Shown here: piece by piece, positions 18,453 to 27,520 of the stretch
How the letters are laid out: every line of letters begins with the position of its first letter
How positions within the stretch are numbered: the first letter of the stretch is position 1
Source: Candidatus Nitrospira inopinata
GTDB taxonomy: Bacteria; Nitrospirota; Nitrospiria; Nitrospirales; Nitrospiraceae
NCBI RefSeq assembly: GCF_001458695.1
Contig: NZ_LN885086.1
Coordinates: 1,680,001 to 1,712,000 of the forward strand
Reading direction: 5' to 3'
DNA: 32,000 nucleotides
Notes under the pieces: model-generated
What the model saw: the letters and a program-made list of their open reading frames with translations, nothing else
Databases searched by the model: none
Told to the model about the DNA's origin: nothing
Made by a program: the position numbers and the translations under genes

Positions 18453-20482
18453 AACGATTATTCTCCAAAGAGTACGGTCTCATCACAACCAAGCGTTTCA
18501 TCGGGGGCGTGGGGCTTTCCGTCATGATCCTCGCGGCCTATCCTGCGACGGTGTTTTCTCTTGGAGAACTGGACCGGCAAGAGAAACACCGGGCGGCGCA
18601 GCATCGGGACGTCGTCGTGAAGCCCGTTCCCTATGCCGTGACCGACGTTCAGGTGCGTGCCGAAGGCGATCGCGTCAGCGTGTCCGTTGAAGGCGATGGT
18701 CCGCTGTATCCCGAGGCGCGATTGCTGGACGAGTCCCGTCTGATCGTCGATATTCCTGGGGCGATTCCGGTGGTCGGGAAATGGGTTGTGCCGGGGAGAC
18801 ATCCCCTTCTCAAAAGAGTCAGAATCGGACAGCACACCGATAAAGTGCGATTGGTATTCGACGTGCTCGATCGCCCGCAGTTTTCTGTCTCCCGGAAGGG
18901 AGCCGACTTTGTGGTCACGCTCAAGCCCAAGGACGCCGCCTCGTCTGGCCAAGATAACGATCCGTCGGTTGGTAGTGAGACCGGCGTGGGTGGCGACGGA
19001 TCTCCCGCCATCTGGGAGCGCACAGGGGTAAAGAGGAGCGATGACGTTGAGGGGTCGGTCTATTTCTCCCGATCGCCTGAAAGAGTCCCCGCGCTTTCTC
19101 AGGACATGGGCAAGGGAAGGTTCCGGGTCCGGACTGTCCAAATGACGTCCGATGACGCCGCGACGGAGAAGGGGGGGCGGATCGGCGACGTCGAGGTGGG
19201 GACGACCCGCTTTGTGGGACGTCGAATCTCCATGGATTTTCAGCAGGCGGAGATTACGAACATCTTGCGGCTGATCGCCGAAGTCAGCGGCTTCAATATC
19301 GTGGTGGGAGAAGGTGTCAAGGGCAAGGTCACGATGAAGTTGGTCGGCGTCCCGTGGGATCAAGCCCTGGACATGCTTTTGAAAATGAACGGTCTCGGGA
19401 TGATTCGCCAGGGAACCATCGTGTGGATCGATACCCTGGCCAATCTCTCCAAGCAACAGGATGAAGAGGCGCGATCGAAAGAAGCCAAGACGAAGGCCGA
19501 GGATTTGGTGAATCGGCTGTTCTATCTGCGGAACGTCCCCGCGCAGGAGATGATGACCGCGTTGCGACCGGTATTGAGCCCGCGAGGGATGATTCAGTTC
19601 AACCAAACGACGAACGCGTTAGTCGTCAAGGACACGGGGACCAAGCTGCAGGCGCTGGAGCAACTGATCAACGGGTTGGACCAAGAGGTGCCGCAAGTTC
19701 AAATCGAGGCGCGCATCGTCCAGGCCGATACGGTCTACGCCAGGGGAATGGGAATCCAGTGGGGGATCAAGGATTCACAATTTACGCCGACCAAGTTTCA
19801 CCTCGTCGGCAACGTCACCGGGCCGTTCGCCGCGGCTTCGGGAACGGGATCCAGCGCATCGACGACGGGCATCACGCGGGATTTCCTGGTCAACCTGCCC
19901 GCTCAGGTCGGCGGGTTGCCGGCCGTTCCCTCGATCGGCTGGACGTTCGGCAGGTTGGCGGACGGGTTTGCACTGGACATGCGTTTGTCCGCCGGAGAAT
20001 TGCTGGGGTTGACCAAGGTCATCGCCTCGCCGAAGATCACGACCATGGACAGGCGGGAAGCCAAAATTTCTCAAGGCGAATCCATCCCCTTCCAAACGAC
20101 GTCCTTGCAAGGAACACAGACGACGTTCGTGGACGCCAATTTGGAATTGAACGTGACGCCGACGATCATTTCCCGCGATCCCAATGAGCCGGCCAGGCGG
20201 ATTCAACTGCGGGTGCGGGCGACGCGGAACGCCGTCGGGGCGCGGAGCAACCCGGCCGGTCCCAGCATCGATCGCCGTGAGGCGACGACGCAGGTCAACG
20301 TGCGGGACGGGGAAACCATGGTGATCGGCGGAGTGTTCGTCGATGTGCAGGGGAACAACATTCAAGGCGTGCCCTATCTGTCCCGTTTCCCCGTGCTCGG
20401 CTGGCTGTTCAAGAACAAGTCCGAGTCGGTGTCCAAACAAGAGCTGCTCATTTTCTTGACGCCGACCATCGTCAAGACTTAG
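18449..20482 (+). CDS. pilQ: Type IV pilus secretin PilQ (AMIN domain + secretin)
   Basis: Signal peptide and an AMIN-like N-domain (VTDVQVRAEGDRVSVSVEGDGPL...RLVFDV). N0/N1 domains and a secretin C-terminus (VPYLSRFPVLGWLFKNKSESVSKQELLIFLTPTIV). Confidence 0.94.
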   Translation: MKRLFSKEYGLITTKRFIGGVGLSVMILAAYPATVFSLGELDRQEKHRAAQHRDVVVKPVPYAVTDVQVRAEGDRVSVSVEGDGPLYPEARLLDESRLIVDIPGAIPVVGKWVVPGRHPLLKRVRIGQHTDKVRLVFDVLDRPQFSVSRKGADFVVTLKPKDAASSGQDNDPSVGSETGVGGDGSPAIWERTGVKRSDDVEGSVYFSRSPERVPALSQDMGKGRFRVRTVQMTSDDAATEKGGRIGDVEVGTTRFVGRRISMDFQQAEITNILRLIAEVSGFNIVVGEGVKGKVTMKLVGVPWDQALDMLLKMNGLGMIRQGTIVWIDTLANLSKQQDEEARSKEAKTKAEDLVNRLFYLRNVPAQEMMTALRPVLSPRGMIQFNQTTNALVVKDTGTKLQALEQLINGLDQEVPQVQIEARIVQADTVYARGMGIQWGIKDSQFTPTKFHLVGNVTGPFAAASGTGSSASTTGITRDFLVNLPAQVGGLPAVPSIGWTFGRLADGFALDMRLSAGELLGLTKVIASPKITTMDRREAKISQGESIPFQTTSLQGTQTTFVDANLELNVTPTIISRDPNEPARRIQLRVRATRNAVGARSNPAGPSIDRREATTQVNVRDGETMVIGGVFVDVQGNNIQGVPYLSRFPVLGWLFKNKSESVSKQELLIFLTPTIVKT

Positions 20483-20518
20483 GGACGTTCTCTCTCAAGA
20501 ATATCAAGATGACAACCG

Positions 20519-20554
20519 AGCGCGCGGCGATGCGCATGTGCATCGCCGCGCGCT
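20519..20554 (+). terminator. Very stable GC-rich hairpin downstream of pilQ (possible terminator or RNA-stability element, no U-tract)
   Basis: Perfect 15-bp inverted repeat AGCGCGCGGCGATGC (20519-20533) / GCATCGCCGCGCGCT (20540-20554) with a 6-nt loop. The downstream sequence is not T-rich. Confidence 0.35.
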
Positions 20555-20775
20555 TGTCGTATGCGCGAAAGAAGTCTCGACACGATTCGACTCTATTGCT
20601 CCGTCCGATAAGAAACGGGGCGCCTGGGCTCTCCTTTGTCCGTCGCACATTCTTTTCGCGCCATGCCGAGCTGTGTTACGATCCATCCGCCTCGATTCTC
20701 GATCGCCTTCTCTACCCGAGTGAGTCGAAGGCTCCTTGCTGTGTATGGCGTCTAACGATCAAAAAAGAATGAAAG

Positions 20776-21930
20776 GTGGCGCGCTTGTCAACGGTGTCCG
20801 TGTCGCTGGGCGACCGAAGTTATGACATTCTGATCCAAGCCGGCCTGGTGAATCGGTTTGCGGATCGGGTGCGTAAGCTGGGGGTGCGAGGAAAAGCGGC
20901 GGTTGTGACGGATCGCCACGTGGGCCGGCACTACCTTCGTCCCGTATCGCGCGAGCTGGCCTCGTGCGGCGTCGAGGCCGTTCCCATCGTGCTGCCACCC
21001 GGTGAGCAATCCAAGACGCTGACAACGGTGAAGCGAATCCTGGATGTGTTGGCGGCCCATCGATTTGAGCGGTCCTCCTTCGTGTTTGCGCTCGGCGGAG
21101 GCGTCGTCGGCGATATCGCGGGATTTACGGCGGCGATCTACCAGCGGGGGATTCCTTTCGTTCAGATTCCGACGACTCTGATCGCTCAATCGGATTCCAG
21201 CGTCGGAGGAAAGACGGGAGTCGATCATCGGCTGGGGAAAAATCTGATCGGAGCGTTTTATCAGCCGAGAGAAGTCTGGATCGATCCCATGACGCTTCGG
21301 ACGCTGCCGAAACGCGAGTGGGTCGCCGGACTGGCGGAGGTCATCAAGTACGGCATCATCGCGGACGAACGGTTCTTGTCGTACGTCGAACGGCACATGT
21401 CCGGTCTGCTCAAGCGGCGGCTGGCCCCGATGACCGCGGCCATCAAACGGTCCTGTGAAATCAAAGCCGAGATCGTGACGGCGGATGAACGGGAGTCGGA
21501 CCGGCGGCGCATTCTGAACTACGGCCATACGATCGGGCATGCGCTGGAGACGTTGGGAGGGTATCGCTCGCTGATCCACGGCGAGGCGGTTGGAATCGGC
21601 ATGGTGCAAGAGGCCGATCTTGCTTGTTTCATGGGAATCTGCGATCGGGCCGTGGCCGAACGAATCAGAGCCGTCGTCAGAATGGCCGGCCTGCGCGATC
21701 GCATGCCCGGATGGCCGTCGACAAAGATCTGGAGAGCCATGTTGCACGACAAGAAGGTCGCCGGGGGACAGGTGATCGGCGTCTGGCCTGTTTCGATCGG
21801 CCGGGTGCGGACGGCGCCGATCGACGAACCGATGTTTCATCGGTGGTACGGCGAGGGCCGGCATGACGCGGTCTTAAGTCGCGGCGCGTCGAAAGGGGGG
21901 CGGCCCATGATAAAAAGCCGGTCCAATTGA
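20776..21930 (+). CDS. aroB: 3-dehydroquinate synthase
   Basis: LGGGVVGDIAGFTAAIYQRGIPFVQIPTTLIAQSDSSVGGKTGV and the metal-site blocks ILNYGHTIGHALE and HGEAVGIGM. Start is GTG 20776 or TTG 20785. Confidence 0.94.
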   Translation: MARLSTVSVSLGDRSYDILIQAGLVNRFADRVRKLGVRGKAAVVTDRHVGRHYLRPVSRELASCGVEAVPIVLPPGEQSKTLTTVKRILDVLAAHRFERSSFVFALGGGVVGDIAGFTAAIYQRGIPFVQIPTTLIAQSDSSVGGKTGVDHRLGKNLIGAFYQPREVWIDPMTLRTLPKREWVAGLAEVIKYGIIADERFLSYVERHMSGLLKRRLAPMTAAIKRSCEIKAEIVTADERESDRRRILNYGHTIGHALETLGGYRSLIHGEAVGIGMVQEADLACFMGICDRAVAERIRAVVRMAGLRDRMPGWPSTKIWRAMLHDKKVAGGQVIGVWPVSIGRVRTAPIDEPMFHRWYGEGRHDAVLSRGASKGGRPMIKSRSN

Positions 21931-23702
21931 TGCGGGCCCTTCGGCTTGCCCTGGCTCAAATTAACCCGTCGGTCGGAGACATTGCGGGGAACGTCCGGCT
22001 CATACGTTCCGCGCTCGGTCAAGCTCGACGGGTTCACGCCGATCTCGTCGTTTTCCCCGAGCTGACCATTACGGGATATCCAGCTCAAGATCTCCTGCTC
22101 AAGCCTCGATTTATCGATGAGAACAAGAGGGCGATCGCCGAGGCGGCGAAGTCGTGCGTCGGTGTGGTCTCGGTGGTCGGATACGTGGAGCAAGGTGCGG
22201 TGGTGAAACGGTCGGCGGAGTCTCCACTCGGAGCCGCTCCCGATCGGTACGAATTGTACAATGCGGCCGCGATTCTGGCGGACGGCCGCCATGTGTGTTC
22301 GTCCCACAAGCGGGTGCTACGACAGGATGGAATCCATGATGAAGGGCGGTATTTCCTCCCCGGTCAGGCCGGTCCGTTGATCGACCTTCACGGTGCGACG
22401 GTTGGGGTGACCATCGGCGAGGACATTGGGTCATGGGAAAGGTCAGAATCAGTTCAAGCGCAGGTAATTGTGAACATCGGCGCGTCTCCGTTTTTCATCG
22501 GCAAGCGCCGGCTTCATGAGCAGGCTCTGGCGGCTTGTGCGAAAGAGAACGGCGCCTTTGTCGCATTTGTGAACCTGCTTGGCGGACAGGATGAGCTGGT
22601 ATTCGACGGCAACAGTGTGATTGTGGATCGAAACGGGATCGTTGTAGCGCGCGCCAGGGCGTTTGAAGAGGACCTCCTGGTGGTGGATCTTGACGTCGAG
22701 GAGAAAGCGCCGGGCCGTTTGGCCGGAGGACGTGTGCACGCATCGCCGGAAGGGAACGACAGGGCGGTCGAACGGGTTGCTGTCGAGGCACCGGATTTCG
22801 CGGGCGTCCGCTCGCCGATTGTGTCCCGTGTTGAGTCGGAGCCCGGCGATCTTGAAGAAGTGTATCGGGCGTTGGTTCTGGGAGTGAAGGATTATGTCGG
22901 GAAGAACCGTTTCACGAATGTCGTCATTGGATTGAGCGGCGGCATCGACTCGGCATTGACCGCCGCTATTGCCGTGGACGCGGTGGGATCGGAACATGTG
23001 GTCGGAATCTGCATGCCGTCTCCGTACACGTCGAAAGAGAGCGTTGAGGATGCCGTAGAGTTGTCGAATCGGCTGGCCGTCGCGTGCATGATGATTCCGA
23101 TTACGCCGTTATTTGAAGCCTATCGCCGGTCGCTGGCGCAGGTGTTTCAAGAAACTCAGACGGATCAGACCGAAGAGAATTTGCAGGCCAGGATCAGAGG
23201 GACGATTCTCATGGCTTTCTCGAACAAGTTCGGGCATCTGGTGTTGACGACGGGGAATAAAAGCGAGACGGGCGTGGGATACGCGACGTTGTACGGCGAT
23301 ATGGCCGGCGGGTTTGCCGTCATCAAGGACGTTCCCAAAACCATGGTCTATGAGTTGGCTCGATTGCGCAACCGCATGGCAGACGTCCCCGTGATTCCGC
23401 AGCGCGTCCTGGACCGGCCGCCGAGCGCCGAATTGAAACCGAATCAGAAGGATGAGGACAGCCTCCCTCCCTATTCGATTCTGGATCCCATTTTGAGAGC
23501 CTACGTCGAAGAAGATCGGTCGATCGAGGACATCGTCGCCCAGGGTTTTGATCGGGAGACGGTCGTGCGCGTTGCTGGCCTCGTTGATCGAAGCGAGTAT
23601 AAACGGCGACAGGCGCCGATCGGCGTCAAGATCACTCCCCGCAGTTTCGGCAAGGAATGGCGGATGCCCATCACCAACGGCTATCGTCATTCTGGAAGTT
23701 GA
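21930..23702 (+). CDS. nadE: Two-domain (glutamine-dependent type) NAD+ synthetase; the glutaminase-domain Cys position reads Gly
   Basis: N-terminal CN-hydrolase domain (VFPELTITGY, GGQDELVFDGNS) and a C-terminal synthetase with the PP-loop GLSGGIDSA. TGATG overlap with aroB. Confidence 0.92.
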   Translation: MRALRLALAQINPSVGDIAGNVRLIRSALGQARRVHADLVVFPELTITGYPAQDLLLKPRFIDENKRAIAEAAKSCVGVVSVVGYVEQGAVVKRSAESPLGAAPDRYELYNAAAILADGRHVCSSHKRVLRQDGIHDEGRYFLPGQAGPLIDLHGATVGVTIGEDIGSWERSESVQAQVIVNIGASPFFIGKRRLHEQALAACAKENGAFVAFVNLLGGQDELVFDGNSVIVDRNGIVVARARAFEEDLLVVDLDVEEKAPGRLAGGRVHASPEGNDRAVERVAVEAPDFAGVRSPIVSRVESEPGDLEEVYRALVLGVKDYVGKNRFTNVVIGLSGGIDSALTAAIAVDAVGSEHVVGICMPSPYTSKESVEDAVELSNRLAVACMMIPITPLFEAYRRSLAQVFQETQTDQTEENLQARIRGTILMAFSNKFGHLVLTTGNKSETGVGYATLYGDMAGGFAVIKDVPKTMVYELARLRNRMADVPVIPQRVLDRPPSAELKPNQKDEDSLPPYSILDPILRAYVEEDRSIEDIVAQGFDRETVVRVAGLVDRSEYKRRQAPIGVKITPRSFGKEWRMPITNGYRHSGS

Positions 23703-23982
23703 CGTCTGTCTTGTGCAGGACGGGCGGTTGAGGATCGTCATGCCGGCAAGAGGCGTGCGCTTCAACTCTTCTTCAGCGGAGGCTCCGTTTTTCGGCATTG
23801 TGGAAAAAGGGAAAATTGGGCTATGATCCCCTCCTCGCCGGGATGTGTAAATCTCCATGCGACGCGGCCGATCATTTATCCATGGCGATCTCTGAGGAAA
23901 AGTGGCGATGTGTCGAAAAAATCATTCGACAGGTTGACGATGCCACCGATTCGGACGGTGAGGGACGACGTCGGTTTTTTGA

Positions 23983-24345
<363 letters not shown>

Positions 24346-24601
24346 CAAGGCGATGCCCTTTCGGTTGTATTCCAGCCATCAGACCGGGCGGAGTCATCCC
24401 AGACATTCACGTCGTTGCGCTCACGGCGGTCCCGTTTGATTTTGAAGCGGTCGTCAAGCGTAAGTACGCCGAACCCCTGCAGGCCATGAGTGGTTCCCTA
24501 GATCGGGTTGGTCGGTGAGTTGACGGGCGCTTGATCGACGAGGAGGAAGGCAGGCTGCCGTTCGGGTGGACTATGGGGACGGTCTCTACAAGGAGGAAAG
24601 G

Positions 24602-26011
24602 ATGAACGTGCGCGAGGTGTTGGAGTTCGCCAAGAAACACAGGGTGCAAATCGTCGATCTGAAATTCGTGGATTTGCCCGGCGTGTGGCAGCACATGAGC
24701 GTTCCCGTGAGCGAGCTGACGGAACAGTTGTTCAAGGACGGATCGGGTCTCGATGGATCATCGATTCGCGGCTGGAAGGCCATCAATAACAGCGATTTGT
24801 TGCTGATCCCCGACCCGGCGACGGCCTGTCTTGATCCCTTCACCGCGGTGCCGACGCTCAGTGTGACGGGCAACGTCGTGGATCCGGTTTCCCGGCAGAA
24901 TTATGACCGCGATCCCCGGTACGTGGCGCTGAAAGCCGAGAAGTACCTCCAAAGCACGAAGATCGCCGATACGTCTTATTGGGGGCCCGAGGCGGAATTT
25001 TTTATCTTTGACCATGCGCGCTATGACCAAACGAGTCACAGCGGCTATTACTACCTCGACTCCGAGGAAGGTGTCTGGAACATGGGCCAGGAGGGGGTCA
25101 ATTTGGGCGGGAAGATCCGCCATAAGCAAGGCTACTTCCCCGTGGCGCCGGCGGATACGCAGCAAGATATCCGAAGCGAGATGGTGCTCGAAATGGAAAA
25201 AGCCGGGATTGCCGTGGAAAAGCACCATCACGAGACGGCGACGGCCGGCCAAGCCGAAATCGACATCCGCTTCGACACGCTCGTGAAAACGGCCGACAAC
25301 ATGATGATGTACAAGTACATCGTCAAAAACGTCGCCCGCCGGCATGGGAAAACGGTCACGTTCATGCCCAAGCCCCTCTTCGGCGACGCGGGGTCCGGCA
25401 TGCATACCCATCAGAGCCTGTGGAAAGACGGCAAGCCGTTGTTTGCCGGAAAAGAATATGCGGGCATCTCGCAACTGTGTCTTTATTACATCGGGGGAAT
25501 CCTCAAACACGCCCCCGCCCTGGCCGCGTTTACCAATCCGACGACCAACTCCTACAAGCGGATCACACCGGGGTTTGAAGCCCCCGTGTTGCTGGCCTAT
25601 TCCAGCCGAAATCGCTCCGCCGGCATCCGCATTCCCATGTATTCGCCCAGTCCCAAGGCCAAGCGGATCGAAGTGCGGTTTCCGGACCCGTCGTGCAATC
25701 CCTATCTCGCGTTTCCGGCGATGTTGATGGCGGGATTGGACGGTATTCAGAACAAAATCAATCCGGGCGAGCCGGCGGAAAAAGATCTGTACGATCTCGA
25801 TCCGAAAGAAGCCGCCGGCATTCCCACGATGCCGGGGAGTCTGGACGAAGCGATCGCCTGCCTGGAAAAGGACCATCAGTTTTTGCTGAAAGGCGAAGTG
25901 TTTACCGAGGATTTGATCGAAGCCTGGATCAAGTACAAGCGGGACAAGGAAATCGATCCCGTCAGGTTACGTCCGCACCCCTACGAGTTTTTCCTATATT
26001 ACGACGTGTAA
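24602..26011 (+). CDS. glnA: Glutamine synthetase type I (adenylylatable form)
   Basis: 469 aa with [23 protein letters not shown] and AGIRIP. The adenylylation-loop motif KDLYDLDP is present, and the protein ends [12 protein letters not shown] 24602 is preceded by AGGAGGAAAGG. Confidence 0.96.
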   Translation: MNVREVLEFAKKHRVQIVDLKFVDLPGVWQHMSVPVSELTEQLFKDGSGLDGSSIRGWKAINNSDLLLIPDPATACLDPFTAVPTLSVTGNVVDPVSRQNYDRDPRYVALKAEKYLQSTKIADTSYWGPEAEFFIFDHARYDQTSHSGYYYLDSEEGVWNMGQEGVNLGGKIRHKQGYFPVAPADTQQDIRSEMVLEMEKAGIAVEKHHHETATAGQAEIDIRFDTLVKTADNMMMYKYIVKNVARRHGKTVTFMPKPLFGDAGSGMHTHQSLWKDGKPLFAGKEYAGISQLCLYYIGGILKHAPALAAFTNPTTNSYKRITPGFEAPVLLAYSSRNRSAGIRIPMYSPSPKAKRIEVRFPDPSCNPYLAFPAMLMAGLDGIQNKINPGEPAEKDLYDLDPKEAAGIPTMPGSLDEAIACLEKDHQFLLKGEVFTEDLIEAWIKYKRDKEIDPVRLRPHPYEFFLYYDV

Positions 26012-26076
26012 CGGGTGACGGTAAAGGAGGCGAAGAGGTATCGGTCGAGCCGTGCGGGGAGGGGCCGCCGGACCGA

Positions 26077-26496
26077 TCAGGGTTTCCTGCAGACGATTTC
26101 CCCCAGGCCGTGATCGACGCTTTGCGGCTCGATCGGTCGCCAGTTGGCGTTTTCGATGTACCCGCTCCTCGATTTGCCGGTCGCCATGTTCCGCGAAAAC
26201 TCTACGACCTGCAAGACCCGAACACGCCACAGGCGGCAGTCGAATTGCTTGTGAGTCGTTGCCGATAAAAAACGGGGGGTCGGGGACTCTCCCATCCACT
26301 GTACGTCCATCAATTGCCAGACCGTGACCACATTTCCTTCTCGGTGTATCGTATCGGGGTCATAATGCACGACCTGTTTGCTCTGGGGCTGATGGCGTTT
26401 GTCGAGCGCAATCCACCCACCCCAGGCAGGGGAACCGTGCAAGGTCAGGACGGCCGGAAGCAGAAGGCCGATGAGCGAAGCCAGTCGGACGTTCAT
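26077..26496 (-). CDS. Small secreted protein, surface-adhesin-E-like domain (tentative)
   Basis: From Met107 of ORF 26077..26814 there is a signal peptide MNVRLASLIGLLLPAVLTLHGSPAWG. Next come VVHYDPDTIHREGNVVTVWQLMD...FDCRLWRVRVLQ...GEIVC, with two Cys spaced as in H. influenzae protein E-type domains. This is recalled from memory. No SD is seen upstream. Confidence 0.6.
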   Translation of the reverse strand: MNVRLASLIGLLLPAVLTLHGSPAWGGWIALDKRHQPQSKQVVHYDPDTIHREGNVVTVWQLMDVQWMGESPTPRFLSATTHKQFDCRLWRVRVLQVVEFSRNMATGKSRSGYIENANWRPIEPQSVDHGLGEIVCRKP

Positions 26497-26562
26497 TGAA
26501 ATGAGACAGGTTTCGAGGGGTGGTTCAATTCCATTTTTCAGCTCACTTTGCCTGATTCTGGA

Positions 26563-26643
26563 AATCGGTTGCAAGCCTCTCCGCGTAACAGTCGGCCTCC
26601 GCGGCGTCATGCAATGGTGAATCGGTTGTGCCGTCCGCGTAAC
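26563..26643. repeat. Bipartite direct repeat in the divergent intergenic region
   Basis: AATCGGTTG-N8-TCCGCGTAAC (26563-26589) is repeated as AATCGGTTG-N5-TCCGCGTAAC (26620-26643). Read directly from the sequence. Confidence 0.9.
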
Positions 26644-26707
26644 CGGAAAAATGCCTTGAGCCCTCTTCGTGCTTGAGATAATCTTCCCGCAGGGAGGGGA
26701 GGAGATC

Positions 26708-27481
26708 ATGCCGAAACAAGTTCGCACGGGATTGACGAGAAGCGATATCTTGAAACGATACATCGAGCGATTCAAGCGACAGCTTGATAGGTTCCAGCCG
26801 TTTCTCTCACGCAAACGGGCATCTGTGTCGATTGATGATTTCGACGAAGAGACCGAAGAACTGATCGCGCAAGTCTTCGGGGCAGCCTCCGATCAAGCCG
26901 AGGCGTACGTGTACGCCAAAACGGGAGAATCGGCGCTTCTGCCGGAAGAGGCGCAGGAAACGGGCGCCCATGACGTGGAGCGCGCAGGTCTTCACCAGCG
27001 GCGACAGGTCTTGGAAAGCTGCCTGGCCGACTTGGAGATGAGGAGCCGCATCCTGGCGAGCAGACTCGGGAGCCAGAAGGACGGAAGAGAAGAACGGACG
27101 TTGGTCCGGCACTACACGTCCTATGATGTAAGAAGCATCGCTCGAACGTCGACAATCAAAGAGGTGGGGAAGACGTTTCAAAAATATCGAATCGACGCGC
27201 TGATCGTGGATGACGGCTCACGCTACATCGGGATCATCACCGATTCCGATCTGAGTCGAAAAGTCATCGCCAAGGGTCTTGATCCCAATACCACGACGGT
27301 GGCCTCCTGTATGAGTCGATCTATCGTGACGATCGAAGAGGACGAACCCCTGGCCGATGCCCTCGCGCTCATGAAAAAACACGTGATCAGGCATATTCCC
27401 GTCACCGCCGACGGGACCATCATCGGTGTCTTGTCCGCGTCGGATCTCCTCCGTGCATTGGAGGATCGACTGTCTTCCTGA
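26708..27481 (+). CDS. Protein with an uncharacterised helical N-terminal region (about 135 aa) and a C-terminal CBS pair
   Basis: C-terminal half has two CBS repeats (ALIVDDGSRYIGIITDSDLSRKV; HIPVTADGTIIGVLSASDLLRAL). ATG 26708 is preceded by GGGAGGGGAGGAG. I do not recognise the N-terminal half. Confidence 0.8.
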   Translation: MPKQVRTGLTRSDILKRYIERFKRQLDRFQPFLSRKRASVSIDDFDEETEELIAQVFGAASDQAEAYVYAKTGESALLPEEAQETGAHDVERAGLHQRRQVLESCLADLEMRSRILASRLGSQKDGREERTLVRHYTSYDVRSIARTSTIKEVGKTFQKYRIDALIVDDGSRYIGIITDSDLSRKVIAKGLDPNTTTVASCMSRSIVTIEEDEPLADALALMKKHVIRHIPVTADGTIIGVLSASDLLRALEDRLSS

Positions 27482-27494
27482 ACTCCGTCCGAAT

Positions 27495-27520
27495 CGTACC
27501 CCGCGTCGAAGCGGGGTACG
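27495..27520 (+). terminator. Hairpin just after the CBS gene stop (no U-tract)
   Basis: CGTACCCCGC (27495-27504) / GCGGGGTACG (27511-27520) form a 10-bp perfect stem with a 6-nt loop. The downstream sequence is not T-rich. Confidence 0.3.

Noticed and set aside
20509-20772. 87-aa ORF filling the pilQ-aroB spacer
   Set aside because: It has no SD, and the ORF contains the 36-nt palindrome. Its sequence is Arg/Ser/Cys-rich with no protein-like pattern.
20788-21864. 358-aa ORF antisense to aroB
   Set aside because: It is a shadow ORF. aroB on the + strand carries all family motifs.
24346-24601. Possible glutamine riboswitch (glnA RNA) or sigma-54 promoter in the glnA leader
   Set aside because: I looked for the conserved riboswitch core as I recall it (CGUUCA... 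GGACGGAAGUAGG) and for TGGCAC-N5-TTGC with GG-N10-GC spacing. I found neither. Only weak, bulged long-range complementarity is present (CCGAACCC ... GGGTTGGTCGG). A covariance-model scan is needed for a firm negative.
24758-25876. 372-aa ORF antisense to glnA
   Set aside because: It is a shadow ORF opposite a near-consensus glutamine synthetase.
26497-26814. 106-codon N-terminal extension of the minus-strand ORF 26077..26814
   Set aside because: The extension runs through the divergent intergenic region and into the CBS gene start. It has no protein-like features. A clean signal peptide starts at Met107.
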